A stretch of 48,315 nucleotides of DNA, taken from an uncultured Gemmatimonadota bacterium. Its GTDB lineage: Bacteria; GCA-2686955. The notes under the pieces are model-generated. The model made no database searches. It was given only the letters and a program-made list of their open reading frames with translations, and was not told where the DNA came from. The stretch covers positions 1 to 48,315 of the forward strand of contig CAZBBK010000042.1 of assembly GCA_964490075.1 (NCBI GenBank), given 5' to 3'. Made by a program: the position numbers and the translations under genes. This document shows, one piece after another, positions 9,643 to 19,895 of the stretch; within the stretch, counting starts at the first letter, position 1, and each line of letters opens with the position of its first letter.

Positions 9643-12006
9643 ATGACCATGAAGTTCGGTCCGAGGCGGGCCGTGTACGTCGATATCAGAGAAGAGTTGC
9701 AGGGTAGCGGAGCACCGCTCAAAGACGAAGAGCTCTCCTTCTACGAGGACTTCGACCTCTTCTACCGCTCGCTCTGCGGAGTGATGTTCAACTTCGTTCC
9801 TACCTCGGGGCATCCGGGCGGATCGATCTCTTCCGGTCGATTCGTGAGCGCGCTGCTCTTCGAGACGATGGCCTACGAGTTGGCCGATCCGGAGCGTGAC
9901 GACGCCGACATGATTTCCTATGCCGCGGGGCACAAGGCCCTGGGGCTCTACACCATGTGGGCGCTGCGCAACGAAGTGACGCGCATCGCCGACCCGGCAC
10001 TGCTCGCGTCCAGCCCCAAGCTGCAGCTGCGCCTCGAAGATCTGCTCGGCTTCCGACGCAACCCGGTGACTTCGTCTCCGCTCTTCGCCAAGTTCGACTC
10101 CAAGCCCCTGGACGGCCATCCCACGCCGGCGACTCCTTTCTTGAAGCTCTCGACCGGCGCTTCCGGGGTCGGCGTGGCGTCATCTCTGGGACTCGCGTTC
10201 GGCGCCGCGGACCGCTACGGAGCGGGAGGGCCGAGGCTGCACATCGTCGAAGGCGAAGGGGGGATGACGCCGGGGCGCGTGGTGGAAGCGATGGCGGCGG
10301 CGGGAACGGCATCGCTCGGCAACGCCTTCATGCACATCGACTGGAATCAGTCGTCGATCGACTCCGACCGCGTCTGCCGCGAGGGCGACCAGCCGGGCGA
10401 CTACGTGCAGTGGGATCCCATGGAGCTGGCCTGGCTGCACGATTGGAATGTCGTGTATGTGGAGGACGGTCACGACTTCCAGCAGGTCGTGGCCGCCCAA
10501 CGACGCGCGCTCGCCATAGACAACGGTCAACCCACCGCGATCGTCTACCGCACCGTCAAGGGCTGGCAGTACGGAATCGAAGGCAGGAAGTCGCACGGGG
10601 CGGGTCACGGGCTGTGCTCCGACGAGTTCCACGACACCCTGCAGCCGTTGATCGATGCGCTCGGAGAGCTGTCGCTCCCGGACTGCAACCCGGAGACTCG
10701 ATCCTGTCGCCTGGACCAGACCGGAGACGAGATGGAATCGTGTCTCTGGACGACGCTCGAAGGCTTCCGGCAGGCGCTGGAGAAGCACCGGCCCGAGATG
10801 TGCGCGTTCCTGGCGGCCCGGATCCGCGACGCCGCCGACCGACTCGACACGGCACGCCGCAGCCCGCGTGAGGGAGCACCCGATGTCGAGACGATTTTCA
10901 CCGCCGCCAACGATCACGCGAGCTCGATACCCGACGAGGTGGCCGTCGAGCCCGGTGGGACGACCACTCTGCGCGGCGAGCTCGGAAAGGTCTTGAGCTG
11001 GTACAACCGCCGCAGCGGTGGAGCCATCCTCGCCGCCGCCGCGGATCTGCTCGGATCGACCAGCATCTCCGCGATCGCCAACGGATTCCCGGACGGCTAC
11101 TGGAATCTCGGCGCCAATCCCCGGAGCCGGGTGCTCTCGACCGGCGGCATCTGCGAAGATGCGATGTGCGGCATCCTTTCGGGGATCTCCAGCTTCGGTC
11201 ACAACATTGGAGCGGGATCGTCGTACGGTGCCTTCATCGCGCCTCTGGGGCATATCGCCGCGCGCCTGCACGCGATCGGCAACCAGGCCAAGAATGAGCT
11301 GGCCTCGGTTCCCTATCGTCCCTTCTTCCTGGTCTGCGCTCATACGGGTCTCAAGACCGGCGAGGATGGTCCGACCCACGCGGATCCACAGGCGCTGCAG
11401 GTCCTGCAGGAGAACTTCCCGAAAGGAACCGCGATCACCCTCACGCCGTGGGATCCGGCCGAGATCTGGTCGCTGGTCACCGCCGCGCTGATTCGGCGCC
11501 CCGCGGTGATCGCACCTTTCGTGACCCGGCCGGCGGAGCCGATCGTCGATCGAGAGGCGCTGGGACTGCCACCCGTCGATGCCGCGGCAAAGGGTGTCTA
11601 CGCCTTGCGACGGGTCGACGGACAGGCCGACGCGACCGTGGTGCTTCAGGGCAGCGCCGTCGCCTACGCCTTCTTGCTCGACGCCTTGCCGAGGCTCGAC
11701 CATGCAGGCGTGGCGGTCAACGCGTTCTATGTCGCCAGCAGCGATCTCTTCGACCTGTTGCCGAGCAAGGAGCGGGCGGAGATCTTCCCGGCCGAGTTGG
11801 GGAATGAAGCCATCGGGATCACCGACTTCACACTTCCCACGATGTTCCGCTGGATCACTTCGGAGCGAGGGCGCGCCGCGACCCTACATCCTTTCCTGAA
11901 CGGACACTTCCTCGGCAGCGGTCAGGGTCACCGTGTGCTCGAGCAAGCGGGGATCGACGGCGAGAGTCAGTTCCAGGCGATTCTGCGCTTCGCGGAAAAG
12001 GGCTGA
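9643..12006 (+). CDS. Atypical transketolase-family ThDP enzyme
   Basis: SGHPGGSIS, AGH, LDGHP, GEGG...DWN ThDP motif variant, GICE, GEDGPTH; AGGAG RBS. Confidence 0.88.
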   Translation: MTMKFGPRRAVYVDIREELQGSGAPLKDEELSFYEDFDLFYRSLCGVMFNFVPTSGHPGGSISSGRFVSALLFETMAYELADPERDDADMISYAAGHKALGLYTMWALRNEVTRIADPALLASSPKLQLRLEDLLGFRRNPVTSSPLFAKFDSKPLDGHPTPATPFLKLSTGASGVGVASSLGLAFGAADRYGAGGPRLHIVEGEGGMTPGRVVEAMAAAGTASLGNAFMHIDWNQSSIDSDRVCREGDQPGDYVQWDPMELAWLHDWNVVYVEDGHDFQQVVAAQRRALAIDNGQPTAIVYRTVKGWQYGIEGRKSHGAGHGLCSDEFHDTLQPLIDALGELSLPDCNPETRSCRLDQTGDEMESCLWTTLEGFRQALEKHRPEMCAFLAARIRDAADRLDTARRSPREGAPDVETIFTAANDHASSIPDEVAVEPGGTTTLRGELGKVLSWYNRRSGGAILAAAADLLGSTSISAIANGFPDGYWNLGANPRSRVLSTGGICEDAMCGILSGISSFGHNIGAGSSYGAFIAPLGHIAARLHAIGNQAKNELASVPYRPFFLVCAHTGLKTGEDGPTHADPQALQVLQENFPKGTAITLTPWDPAEIWSLVTAALIRRPAVIAPFVTRPAEPIVDREALGLPPVDAAAKGVYALRRVDGQADATVVLQGSAVAYAFLLDALPRLDHAGVAVNAFYVASSDLFDLLPSKERAEIFPAELGNEAIGITDFTLPTMFRWITSERGRAATLHPFLNGHFLGSGQGHRVLEQAGIDGESQFQAILRFAEKG

Positions 12007-12028
12007 GGCTTTTCGTGCGGAGACCGGC

Positions 12029-13522
12029 GTGACGCGGACCGCGCGCAGAGCACTGGTGATCGGGCTCGACGGGGCGACCTGGGACCTCTTCGAGCCGCTG
12101 GTGGCACGCGGCCGCCTGCCCATCTTGCGCTCGCTGCTGGAAACGAGCCGCAGGGGCGTGTTGCGCGCTCCCTTTCCGCCGGTCACCGCGCCCTCCTGGA
12201 CCACCTTCGCGACCGGTGTCGACCCCGGCCGCCACGGTGTTTTCGACTTCTTCGAGCTGGTGCCCGGGCGCTACCGAAAGAGAGTGATCGATCTCTCGCG
12301 CTGGCCGGTGCAACCGATCTGGCGGAGAGTAGAGGCGGCGGGCGGCAGCGCGGTGGTGGTGAACTTCCCCACCTTGGCCCGGGCGGAGCAGTGCCGCGGC
12401 GCATCGGTCGCCGGCATGCTCGCGCCCGCGGAGGCGGACTCGATCTTCGAGCCGCGGGTGCTCTACGACGAGCTACGCCGCGAATTGGGAGAGTACCGAG
12501 TCGACACGCCGTGGCCGGGAGGCGGGCCCCGGAGCATCCCGGCCTACTGCGCCGCGGTAGGGCGCTGCACACGCGAGCGCGGCAGGTGGGCCAGGAGAAT
12601 CCTGGAACGTCGGCCCTGGAACCTGGCGCTGGTCGTCTTCGTGACCCCGGATCGGCTACAGCACAAGGTATGGGAGGCGCTCTGGCGCGCGCGCCTGAAC
12701 GATCCCGTGAACGATCCGCAAGGCGCCGCGGCGCTCGCCGCGCTGGACGCCATGGACCAGGCGATTGGTGAGCTGATCACCACGACGCGCGCGGACGACG
12801 ACGTGGTCCTGGTCTCGGACCATGGCTTCGGTCCGGCGCGGGGGGTCTTCGAACCCAACGTGCTGCTGGCCGAGGCGGGGGTGCTGGCACCGCGGGCGCT
12901 GCGCGTGGCCGCGGCGCGCGCTGGGAAGGCGGCCCGGAGCGCGTGGCGACGCTCATCGGTGAGTCCGCGCGGCCGCGCGGCGGCGGGAGTCGGCGAAACG
13001 ACCACGGGCCGCGCCTTCGAGTCCTTGATCGATTGGCGGCGCACCCGGGCCTTCGCCCTCTCGACCACCGACATGGGCATCTACGTCAACAGCACCGATC
13101 GCTTTCCGCAAGGCTGCGTGCGTGGCGAAGCCGAGCGCGAAAAGGTGGTGCGAGAGGTCGTGGACGCACTACAGGGTGCGCGCGATCCGCGAACCGGAAG
13201 CCGGCTTTCGATCCGGGCCCGGCGCCGCGAGGAGATCTTCGCGGGTGAGTTGCTGCGAAATGCGCCGGACGTCTGTTTCACAGTGGCGGAAGGAGCCATT
13301 CACAGCGGCACTCGGGTCGACGCTCCGCTGCTGCACGACGCGGAGTTCCTGCGCGGCGACGGCAATCATCGGCGCGAGGGGATCTATGCCTATCGGGGCG
13401 CGGGAGTCGCCCCGGGCTACGATCGCCGGGGGGCCGAGATGAGAGATATGGCGCCCACGATCCTGCAACGGATCGGCGTCGACCGCGGGGAAGGACTGGA
13501 CGGCGTGCCGCTCTTCGAATAG
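12029..13522 (+). CDS. Alkaline phosphatase superfamily protein (type I phosphodiesterase/NPP-like)
   Basis: IGLDGATW, PPVTAPSW, DRLQH, VSDHGFG, GNHRREG; GTG start inferred. Confidence 0.87.
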   Translation: MTRTARRALVIGLDGATWDLFEPLVARGRLPILRSLLETSRRGVLRAPFPPVTAPSWTTFATGVDPGRHGVFDFFELVPGRYRKRVIDLSRWPVQPIWRRVEAAGGSAVVVNFPTLARAEQCRGASVAGMLAPAEADSIFEPRVLYDELRRELGEYRVDTPWPGGGPRSIPAYCAAVGRCTRERGRWARRILERRPWNLALVVFVTPDRLQHKVWEALWRARLNDPVNDPQGAAALAALDAMDQAIGELITTTRADDDVVLVSDHGFGPARGVFEPNVLLAEAGVLAPRALRVAAARAGKAARSAWRRSSVSPRGRAAAGVGETTTGRAFESLIDWRRTRAFALSTTDMGIYVNSTDRFPQGCVRGEAEREKVVREVVDALQGARDPRTGSRLSIRARRREEIFAGELLRNAPDVCFTVAEGAIHSGTRVDAPLLHDAEFLRGDGNHRREGIYAYRGAGVAPGYDRRGAEMRDMAPTILQRIGVDRGEGLDGVPLFE

Positions 13523-13546
13523 CGGCTCATGCAAGGAGAAACATCC

Positions 13547-14275
13547 ATGCGGATCGAACCATCGATGCACACCGGGTGGCTGTCGAACGCCTACCTGATC
13601 TTCCAAGGCGAGCGCGGCGTGATCATCGATACCGGCGCGGACATGGAACCTCTGCTGCGCCTGGCGGAGCGCCATGGCGTCGCGATCACTCATGTCTTCT
13701 GCACCCACCGTCACGGCGACCACGTTCAGAACAACGCGGCGGTGCGCAAGGCTACGGGAGCGGTCCTGGTGGCGCACGCCGCGGACGCCGGCGCGATCGG
13801 CGGCATCGATCTGCAGGTCGGCCATGGAGAGATCGTCGAGACCGGCGACCTGAGCATCGAGGTGCTGCACATTCCCGGGCACACCGCCGGCCAGATCGCC
13901 CTGCTGGTCAACGACACCGACCTGTTCACTGGCGACACTCTCTTCAGACGCTCGATCGGCGGCTGCATCGGGCCGGGTCATACCAGCTTCCAAGATTTGC
14001 GTCGCTCCCTCATGGAGGTGCTGATGGCGCTGCCCCATGATCTGCGCGTCCACCCGGGACACAGCGAGGCGACCACGCTCGGCGACGAGTGGCGCGACAA
14101 CCCCTTCATTCGCATCATGCGCCGGTGCGATCCGGAAGGAGCGGAGCGTTGCTCTTTCGCGGGATCCGACGCGACGCTGATCCTCCGAGCCACCGACTAC
14201 GACGGTGGCACCAAGGCATGGGTGCGCTTGCGCGACACCGGGGACCTGGTGGTTCCAGGATCTATGGTCGACTGA
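13547..14275 (+). CDS. MBL-fold metallo-hydrolase (glyoxalase II-like)
   Basis: THRHGDH, PGHT, FTGDTLF, HPGH motifs; AGGAG RBS. Confidence 0.9.
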   Translation: MRIEPSMHTGWLSNAYLIFQGERGVIIDTGADMEPLLRLAERHGVAITHVFCTHRHGDHVQNNAAVRKATGAVLVAHAADAGAIGGIDLQVGHGEIVETGDLSIEVLHIPGHTAGQIALLVNDTDLFTGDTLFRRSIGGCIGPGHTSFQDLRRSLMEVLMALPHDLRVHPGHSEATTLGDEWRDNPFIRIMRRCDPEGAERCSFAGSDATLILRATDYDGGTKAWVRLRDTGDLVVPGSMVD

Positions 14276-15407
14276 GCCGGCAGGCCGCCAGGACAGCGCG
14301 GGTGCGCCGCGCCACGTCGTCCCAGGAGAAGAGTGACGCTACTCGTCGCGCGTGCGCTTCGATCTCCGCGACCGGGCGCTCGTCCAGCGACGCATGCGCC
14401 CGGCACAACGCCGCGGGCGACGAGGTGCACGGGATGCGCCGAAGCGCCGGTCCGTCGGGGCCGAGCTCGAGGGGGAGCGCGGCCGCGCTGCCGATCACGG
14501 GCAGACCGCAGGACAAGGCCTCGAGCACCGCCAGGCAAAACCCTTCGTAAAGACTCGGCGCGATCAGCACATCGGCCGCCGCGTAGAGCTGCTCGACCTC
14601 TTCCGCCGGTCCCAGGAATCGGATCCGGTCGGCAAGGCCCTGGGCGGCGAATCGACCAGTGAGCTTTGAGCCGATCGATCGATCGTTGGGATCCTCGCCG
14701 GCAACGAGCAATACCGCATCGTCCAGCTCCGCGAGCGCCCGTGCGGCTCGCGCCAGCCCCTTGCGCTTGAAATCGTGGCCGACGAAGGCCAGCGCTCTGG
14801 CCGAGCCGACGTCCATGCGCCGGCGCGCGTCGGTCCGAAGCCGGCTACGAACCCGGGGGGAGAACCGGGCTCCGTCGACGCCGTTGGGGATCCGCTCGAT
14901 CCTCTGCTCCGGGATCTGCAGCTGTCGGCGCAGATCGGCGGCCATCCGTGCCGTCAGTGCCACGACACGACCGCGGCGCAGCGAAGCCTCGAGCACCGGC
15001 AGCAGCCAGCGCAGTCGCGAGAGATCTCTCGCGCGGATGCCGAGATCGTCGAGATCCTGCGAATCGTGGGCGATTTCAAGCGCCGCCCGGTGCAGCCCGT
15101 GACAGGTCGTCAGGTCCACCCGGGCGAGCGTCGGAGCGTGGGCGTGGACCGCATCGAACTCGGCGCGCCGCCTCGCGATCAGGGCCGCGCTGAGCATCGC
15201 GAAGAGGAGCGTCCGAGCCGACCAGGGCCATGAGCGCGGGACGCGTAGCGGATGCAGGTTGAATCCTCGGGCGGCGTCCTCGGACCATCGCGCGGCAGCC
15301 ACGTGCACCTGGTCGCCGCCCTCCCGCAGCCGGCGCCCGATCTCGATCACCACCCGCCCGCGTCCGTCCAGAGGCGTCAGCTCCTCGACGACGAAGAGGA
15401 TGCGCAT
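14262..15407 (-). CDS. GT4 glycosyltransferase
   Basis: IPNGVD, FKRKG, PSLYEGFCLAVLEALSCGLPVI (EX7E). Confidence 0.92.
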   Translation of the reverse strand: MRILFVVEELTPLDGRGRVVIEIGRRLREGGDQVHVAAARWSEDAARGFNLHPLRVPRSWPWSARTLLFAMLSAALIARRRAEFDAVHAHAPTLARVDLTTCHGLHRAALEIAHDSQDLDDLGIRARDLSRLRWLLPVLEASLRRGRVVALTARMAADLRRQLQIPEQRIERIPNGVDGARFSPRVRSRLRTDARRRMDVGSARALAFVGHDFKRKGLARAARALAELDDAVLLVAGEDPNDRSIGSKLTGRFAAQGLADRIRFLGPAEEVEQLYAAADVLIAPSLYEGFCLAVLEALSCGLPVIGSAAALPLELGPDGPALRRIPCTSSPAALCRAHASLDERPVAEIEAHARRVASLFSWDDVARRTRAVLAACRLSRP

Positions 15408-15420
15408 GGTCAGATGCGGC

Positions 15421-16785
15421 TCATCGGCGGCGCGGCGGCGCCAGGCGCATCACGAAGTCGCGAATGCGATTGGCGAAGAACGCGGGCAGATAATAGAGGT
15501 AGTTGCCGCGGAAGAGAGCCAGGTTCGCCTTCAGGAGCCAGAGATCGCCGCGCTTCCATGGGCGTCCGAGCATCGCCTCCCGCGCCGGGATCCGGCTGAT
15601 ACCACGGGCGTCGTCTCCCGGCTCGTTCTGATGGATGCCGCTGGTCGTCGCCTCGTATCCGGCCTCGCCGATGGCGATCGCCTCGATCTGCTGGTTGAAG
15701 CGATCGTGCGGCCAGGCCAGGAACTTCACCGGACGGCCGATCCCGCGCGACAGACGCACGCGGCTGCCGACCAGCTCCTCGCGCACGCGATCGCGCCACT
15801 CCTCCTCGGTCTCGAAGCGCCCGGTCGCCCCCTCATGTTCGTCGCGGTAGAGGTCGACCACTCGATCGAGCTCCTCCCGCCAACCGATCTTCCTGAAGAA
15901 ACTCTTGCCGCCCTCCTCGCGAACGCGGGCCATCAGACGCTGCTCGATCTCGGCGTCGGGCCGAAAGCAGGGGCCCTCGAGGGCCGACCCGACCTCGTAG
16001 ATCGGCCGGCCGTAGCCGATGTCCTCTCCTCGACGCAGAAACCAGCGTGGCTTCTCTCGCGGGAAGGTCCGCCAGACCAGCCAGGGATTGCGCAAACCGG
16101 GCCGGAAGTAGTCGATGACTCGATCGGCGCGCGGCAACATGTCGTGCGACGCGGCATGGGATTCGACCTCGACGTGACCGGACGCGACCATCTCGCGGAT
16201 CTCGGCCCATCCCAGGTAGGCGCCCTGCGGCGCCTGCTCCCCGTCGGCCGCCCCACGTACATCGGAGAGGTCCTCCACGAAATCGGCCGCGACGAAGATG
16301 GTGGCCTTGGCACCGAAACGACGCAGCAGCGGGAAGGCGTGCAGGTAGTTGTCGAGATACCCGTCGTCGAAGGTGATCACCAGAGGCTTGCCATGCAGAG
16401 GGGTCTCGCCCGTCAGATGGCCGCGCAGCTCCGAAAGAGTATGGGTGGTGTGGCCCTCCTCTCGGAAGAGCTGTAGGTGGGCGGCGAAGATCTCGGGACG
16501 CACCGAGAGCCCCGGAGCCGGCACCAGATCGAAACGGGGCGCGACGCTGTGATACATCAGCACCGGCACCTTGACGGTATCGGTCTGGACCATCACGGCG
16601 CGGGTCACCCGGTCCAACAGCGCCGTTGCGAGCGCCACCAGAACCAGGGCGACCCACCACGCCACGTCTCCGACCCAGGCCCCCACCAGGCAGGAGAGCC
16701 CGAAGAGGGCCCAGACGGTGCCGATCCCGGAGTACTGCAGCCACTTGAGCTGCCGAATCCTCTGGCGATTGGGGCGCGCTGTCAT
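15421..16785 (-). CDS. Membrane-anchored polysaccharide deacetylase (CE4/NodB)
   Basis: Two N-terminal hydrophobic segments, VPVLMYH, ITFDDGY, ESHAASH, LAWPH. Confidence 0.87.
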   Translation of the reverse strand: MTARPNRQRIRQLKWLQYSGIGTVWALFGLSCLVGAWVGDVAWWVALVLVALATALLDRVTRAVMVQTDTVKVPVLMYHSVAPRFDLVPAPGLSVRPEIFAAHLQLFREEGHTTHTLSELRGHLTGETPLHGKPLVITFDDGYLDNYLHAFPLLRRFGAKATIFVAADFVEDLSDVRGAADGEQAPQGAYLGWAEIREMVASGHVEVESHAASHDMLPRADRVIDYFRPGLRNPWLVWRTFPREKPRWFLRRGEDIGYGRPIYEVGSALEGPCFRPDAEIEQRLMARVREEGGKSFFRKIGWREELDRVVDLYRDEHEGATGRFETEEEWRDRVREELVGSRVRLSRGIGRPVKFLAWPHDRFNQQIEAIAIGEAGYEATTSGIHQNEPGDDARGISRIPAREAMLGRPWKRGDLWLLKANLALFRGNYLYYLPAFFANRIRDFVMRLAPPRRR

Positions 16786-16823
16786 CGACCGGCAGCCCGC
16801 TGCAGGGTGTGCAAGACCGGTTC

Positions 16824-17531
16824 CTAGTAGGCGGCGCGCCGGCGCATGACGGCCGGCAGGGTCGCGGCGAGAATGCGCAGATCGGCGCCGAGACCGCGCC
16901 GAACGATGTAGCGCAGATCTTGCGCCACGCGGGCGTCGAAGCCCTCTTCGCGATTTCGCGAGACCTGCCACGCGCCAGTCACACCCGGCGGCACCTGGAG
17001 CCGCACGCGTTGCCAGGGCTGGTAGCTGCTGGCCGGAAACGAAGTCGGCCGCGGACCGACGATTCTCATCTCCCCCCCGAGCACGTTGACCAGATTGGGG
17101 ATCTCATCCAGGGCGAAGCGCCGCAGCACGCGACCCGTGCGGGTGATGCGAGGATCATCCGGGACCTTGAAGTCCGGCCACTGCACCAGGCTGAGATGCG
17201 CCAGCGCGTTCTTGCTCCGTTCCGCCCCGGGAACCATGGTCCGGAACTTCCACATCCGAAAGCGCCGGCCCCGGTAGCCGGTGCGCCATTGCCGGAAGAA
17301 GACCGGCGCCCCGGGCGTCTCCACCTTGATCGCCAGAGCGATCGCCACCAACAAGGGGGCGCAAAGGACCAGGAGCGCCAGAGCCAGAAACCGATCGAGA
17401 AGGCCCACGACCGCTGCCTCTTCTTCGACGGCGGCGAGTACGCTCCTCTCGGGGACGAGGCGCAGCGGCAGGCGCGGAAGGCGACCGGCAAGGTCGGTGC
17501 CTGGATCCGGAAACGAAACCGAGGGCTGCAT
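16824..17531 (-). CDS. Small priming sugar-phosphate transferase (Bac_transf/PglC-like)
   Basis: FRMWKFRTM, DDPRITRTG, LDEIP, VGPRP, PGVTGAWQV. Confidence 0.9.
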   Translation of the reverse strand: MQPSVSFPDPGTDLAGRLPRLPLRLVPERSVLAAVEEEAAVVGLLDRFLALALLVLCAPLLVAIALAIKVETPGAPVFFRQWRTGYRGRRFRMWKFRTMVPGAERSKNALAHLSLVQWPDFKVPDDPRITRTGRVLRRFALDEIPNLVNVLGGEMRIVGPRPTSFPASSYQPWQRVRLQVPPGVTGAWQVSRNREEGFDARVAQDLRYIVRRGLGADLRILAATLPAVMRRRAAY

Positions 17532-17540
17532 GGCGGGAGT

Positions 17541-18626
17541 CTAGCCCGCCTTCGCCTCGAACTCCTTCATGAAGACCACCAACGTCTCGACACCCGAGCG
17601 CGGCATGGCGTTGTAGAGCGAGGCCCGGATGCCGCCGACCGATCGATGGCCCTTCAGATTGGTCATGCCGGCCTCGAGCGACTCGGCGAGGAAACGCTGC
17701 TCGAGCTCCTCCGAGGGCAGCCGGAAGGGGATGTTCATCAGCGAGCGGCTGGCGGTCTGCACGGTGCCACGGTAGAAATCGCCCCGATCGAGCTGCTCGT
17801 AGACCAGCCGCGCCTTCTCCTCGTTCACCCGTCGCATCGACTCCAGGCCGCCCTGGCTCGCTACCCAGCGCGCCACCAGGCCGACGATGTAGATCGCCCA
17901 GCAGGGCGGGGTGTTGTACAGGGAGTCTTTCGCGGCATGCGTGGCGTAGCGGAGTATCGACGGGGTTTCCTCCGCGCCCCGCTCGAGCAACTCCTTGCGG
18001 ACGATGACCAGGGTCACCCCGGCGGGTCCCAGGTTCTTCTGCGCCCCGGCATACACCAGTCCGCAGCGGGTGAGGTCCAGAGGCTGGGACAGAATATCCG
18101 AGGAGACATCGGCGACCAGGGGCACCGAACCGGTCTCGGGGAGCTCGCGCCATTGGGTGCCGTATATGGTGTTGTTCGTGGTGATGTGGACGTAGTCGGC
18201 GCCGGGGTCGAGATCCAGCTCGTCCTGGCCCGGAATGCGACAGTGGTGCTCTTGCTCGGAGCTGGCGGCGACGCGCACCGCGCCGAAGCGCCGCGCCTCG
18301 GCGATCGCCTTGGCGGACCAAGCCCCGGTGTCCACGTAGTCGGCCTTGCGCGCCGGGTGCATCAGGTTCATCGGCACCATCGCGAACTGGGTGCTGGCGC
18401 CGCCCTGGAGGAAGAGGATCCGGTGTGTCTCCGGCATTCCGAGCAACTCGGCGATGGTCTTGAGTGTCCGCTCGTGGATCTCGGAGTAGGCCGGCGAGCG
18501 GTGGCTCATCTCCATCACGCTCAATCCAGTACCCTTGTAGTCGACGAGGTCGCGGCGAGCTTCCTCCAGAACCGGCAAGGGAAGTATGGCCGGTCCGGCG
18601 CTGAAGTTTATGACGCGTCGGGTCAT
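17541..18626 (-). CDS. serC: Phosphoserine aminotransferase
   Basis: NFSAGPA, EMSHRS, QGGAS, GAQKNLGPAG, YNTPP, KGHRSVGGIRASLYNA. Confidence 0.97.
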   Translation of the reverse strand: MTRRVINFSAGPAILPLPVLEEARRDLVDYKGTGLSVMEMSHRSPAYSEIHERTLKTIAELLGMPETHRILFLQGGASTQFAMVPMNLMHPARKADYVDTGAWSAKAIAEARRFGAVRVAASSEQEHHCRIPGQDELDLDPGADYVHITTNNTIYGTQWRELPETGSVPLVADVSSDILSQPLDLTRCGLVYAGAQKNLGPAGVTLVIVRKELLERGAEETPSILRYATHAAKDSLYNTPPCWAIYIVGLVARWVASQGGLESMRRVNEEKARLVYEQLDRGDFYRGTVQTASRSLMNIPFRLPSEELEQRFLAESLEAGMTNLKGHRSVGGIRASLYNAMPRSGVETLVVFMKEFEAKAG

Positions 18627-18642
18627 GGTTCGCTCCAGGCGC

Positions 18643-19851
18643 TCAAGGGGCGAGCGCGGTCAAGTGAAGGGCAAGAATATGATCGGCATCGCCGATCTGG
18701 CGCAAGGTCTCCGGCGCGGGGCCCCGATCGAGCTCGATGCGTGCCACCGCGGCGGGGGCGCCGGAGAATACGACGTTTTCCATCTGCTGTACGTTGATGT
18801 CCGCGGCGCGGAGCCGGTCCAACACGCCGGCCAGCACACCGACCCGATCCCGGTGCCGAACCGTCAGGAGATGCGACGCGGCTCCGGTGCCTGCCAGATT
18901 CACGCAGTTCGGCACCTTCCCCTGCTCGCGCAGAGTGCGAACGATGCGCACCACCTCGTCGGCCACCGCGCACTGCGCCTGAGCGGTCGATGCTCCGATG
19001 TGGTGGCTCCCCTGAACCCCGGGTAACCGAAAGAGCGCTGGATCGACCTTGCCGGCTCCGGCGGCGGGCTCACCGTCGAAGACGTCGACCGCGGCGCGTA
19101 ATCGACCGGCCCGCAACTGACGCTCCAGAGCCGGCTGGTCGATGATCTCCGCGCGCGCGGTGTTGATCAGAAGAGCGCCGTAGGGCAGTGCGGCCAGCAC
19201 GCTCTCTCCGATCCTCGCACGGGTGTCGTCGTTCAGAGCCAGGTGGATGCTGAGCACGTCGCAGCGCGCCGCCACCTCCTCGGGCGAGCCCGCGGGCTCG
19301 ACCCCCAGCGACTCGGCCTGGTCCGCCCTCAGAGAACGGCTCCAGGCCACGACGCTCATCCCGAAGGCGGTCGCGCGGTCGATCATCTCGCGGCCGATGT
19401 TGCCCAGCCCGACCAGGCCCAGCGTCGTCCCCTTGACCCCCCTGGCTCGGGACAGCTCCTTCTTGTTCCAGCGGCCTTCACGCAGCTGCAACGCCCCATC
19501 CACCAGGCGCCGGTCCACGGAAAGAAGATGCGCGAAAGCGAGCTCGGCGACGGCGACCGCGTTCTTTCCGGGGCAGTTGGCGACGTAGATCCCGCGCGCC
19601 GATGCGCCGGCGACATCGATGGTGTTGAATCCGGCTCCGGCCCGAATCACCAGACCGAGCTGCTTCGATGCATCGAGGTGCGCCTCGTTCACCCCTGTGC
19701 TGCGCACCACGAGCACGTCGGGTGCCTCCGCGGCAAGCGTCTCTTCCAGCGAATCGTCCTTCAGGTCGGGGGCGCTCACCACCTGACACCCCAGAGTTTG
19801 CAACGAATCGATGCCGGTTTGGGGGAACTTGTCCGCTACCAAGATCTTCAT
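18643..19851 (-). CDS. serA: D-3-phosphoglycerate dehydrogenase with C-terminal ACT domain
   Basis: RAGAG, GLGNIG, NTAR, HIGAST, HRDRVGVL ACT; adjacent to serC. Confidence 0.9.
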   Translation of the reverse strand: MKILVADKFPQTGIDSLQTLGCQVVSAPDLKDDSLEETLAAEAPDVLVVRSTGVNEAHLDASKQLGLVIRAGAGFNTIDVAGASARGIYVANCPGKNAVAVAELAFAHLLSVDRRLVDGALQLREGRWNKKELSRARGVKGTTLGLVGLGNIGREMIDRATAFGMSVVAWSRSLRADQAESLGVEPAGSPEEVAARCDVLSIHLALNDDTRARIGESVLAALPYGALLINTARAEIIDQPALERQLRAGRLRAAVDVFDGEPAAGAGKVDPALFRLPGVQGSHHIGASTAQAQCAVADEVVRIVRTLREQGKVPNCVNLAGTGAASHLLTVRHRDRVGVLAGVLDRLRAADINVQQMENVVFSGAPAAVARIELDRGPAPETLRQIGDADHILALHLTALAP

Positions 19852-19895
19852 GGTGGTCTCTCCGGGGTCGTCTCGACCCGCTGTGATGGTCATGG

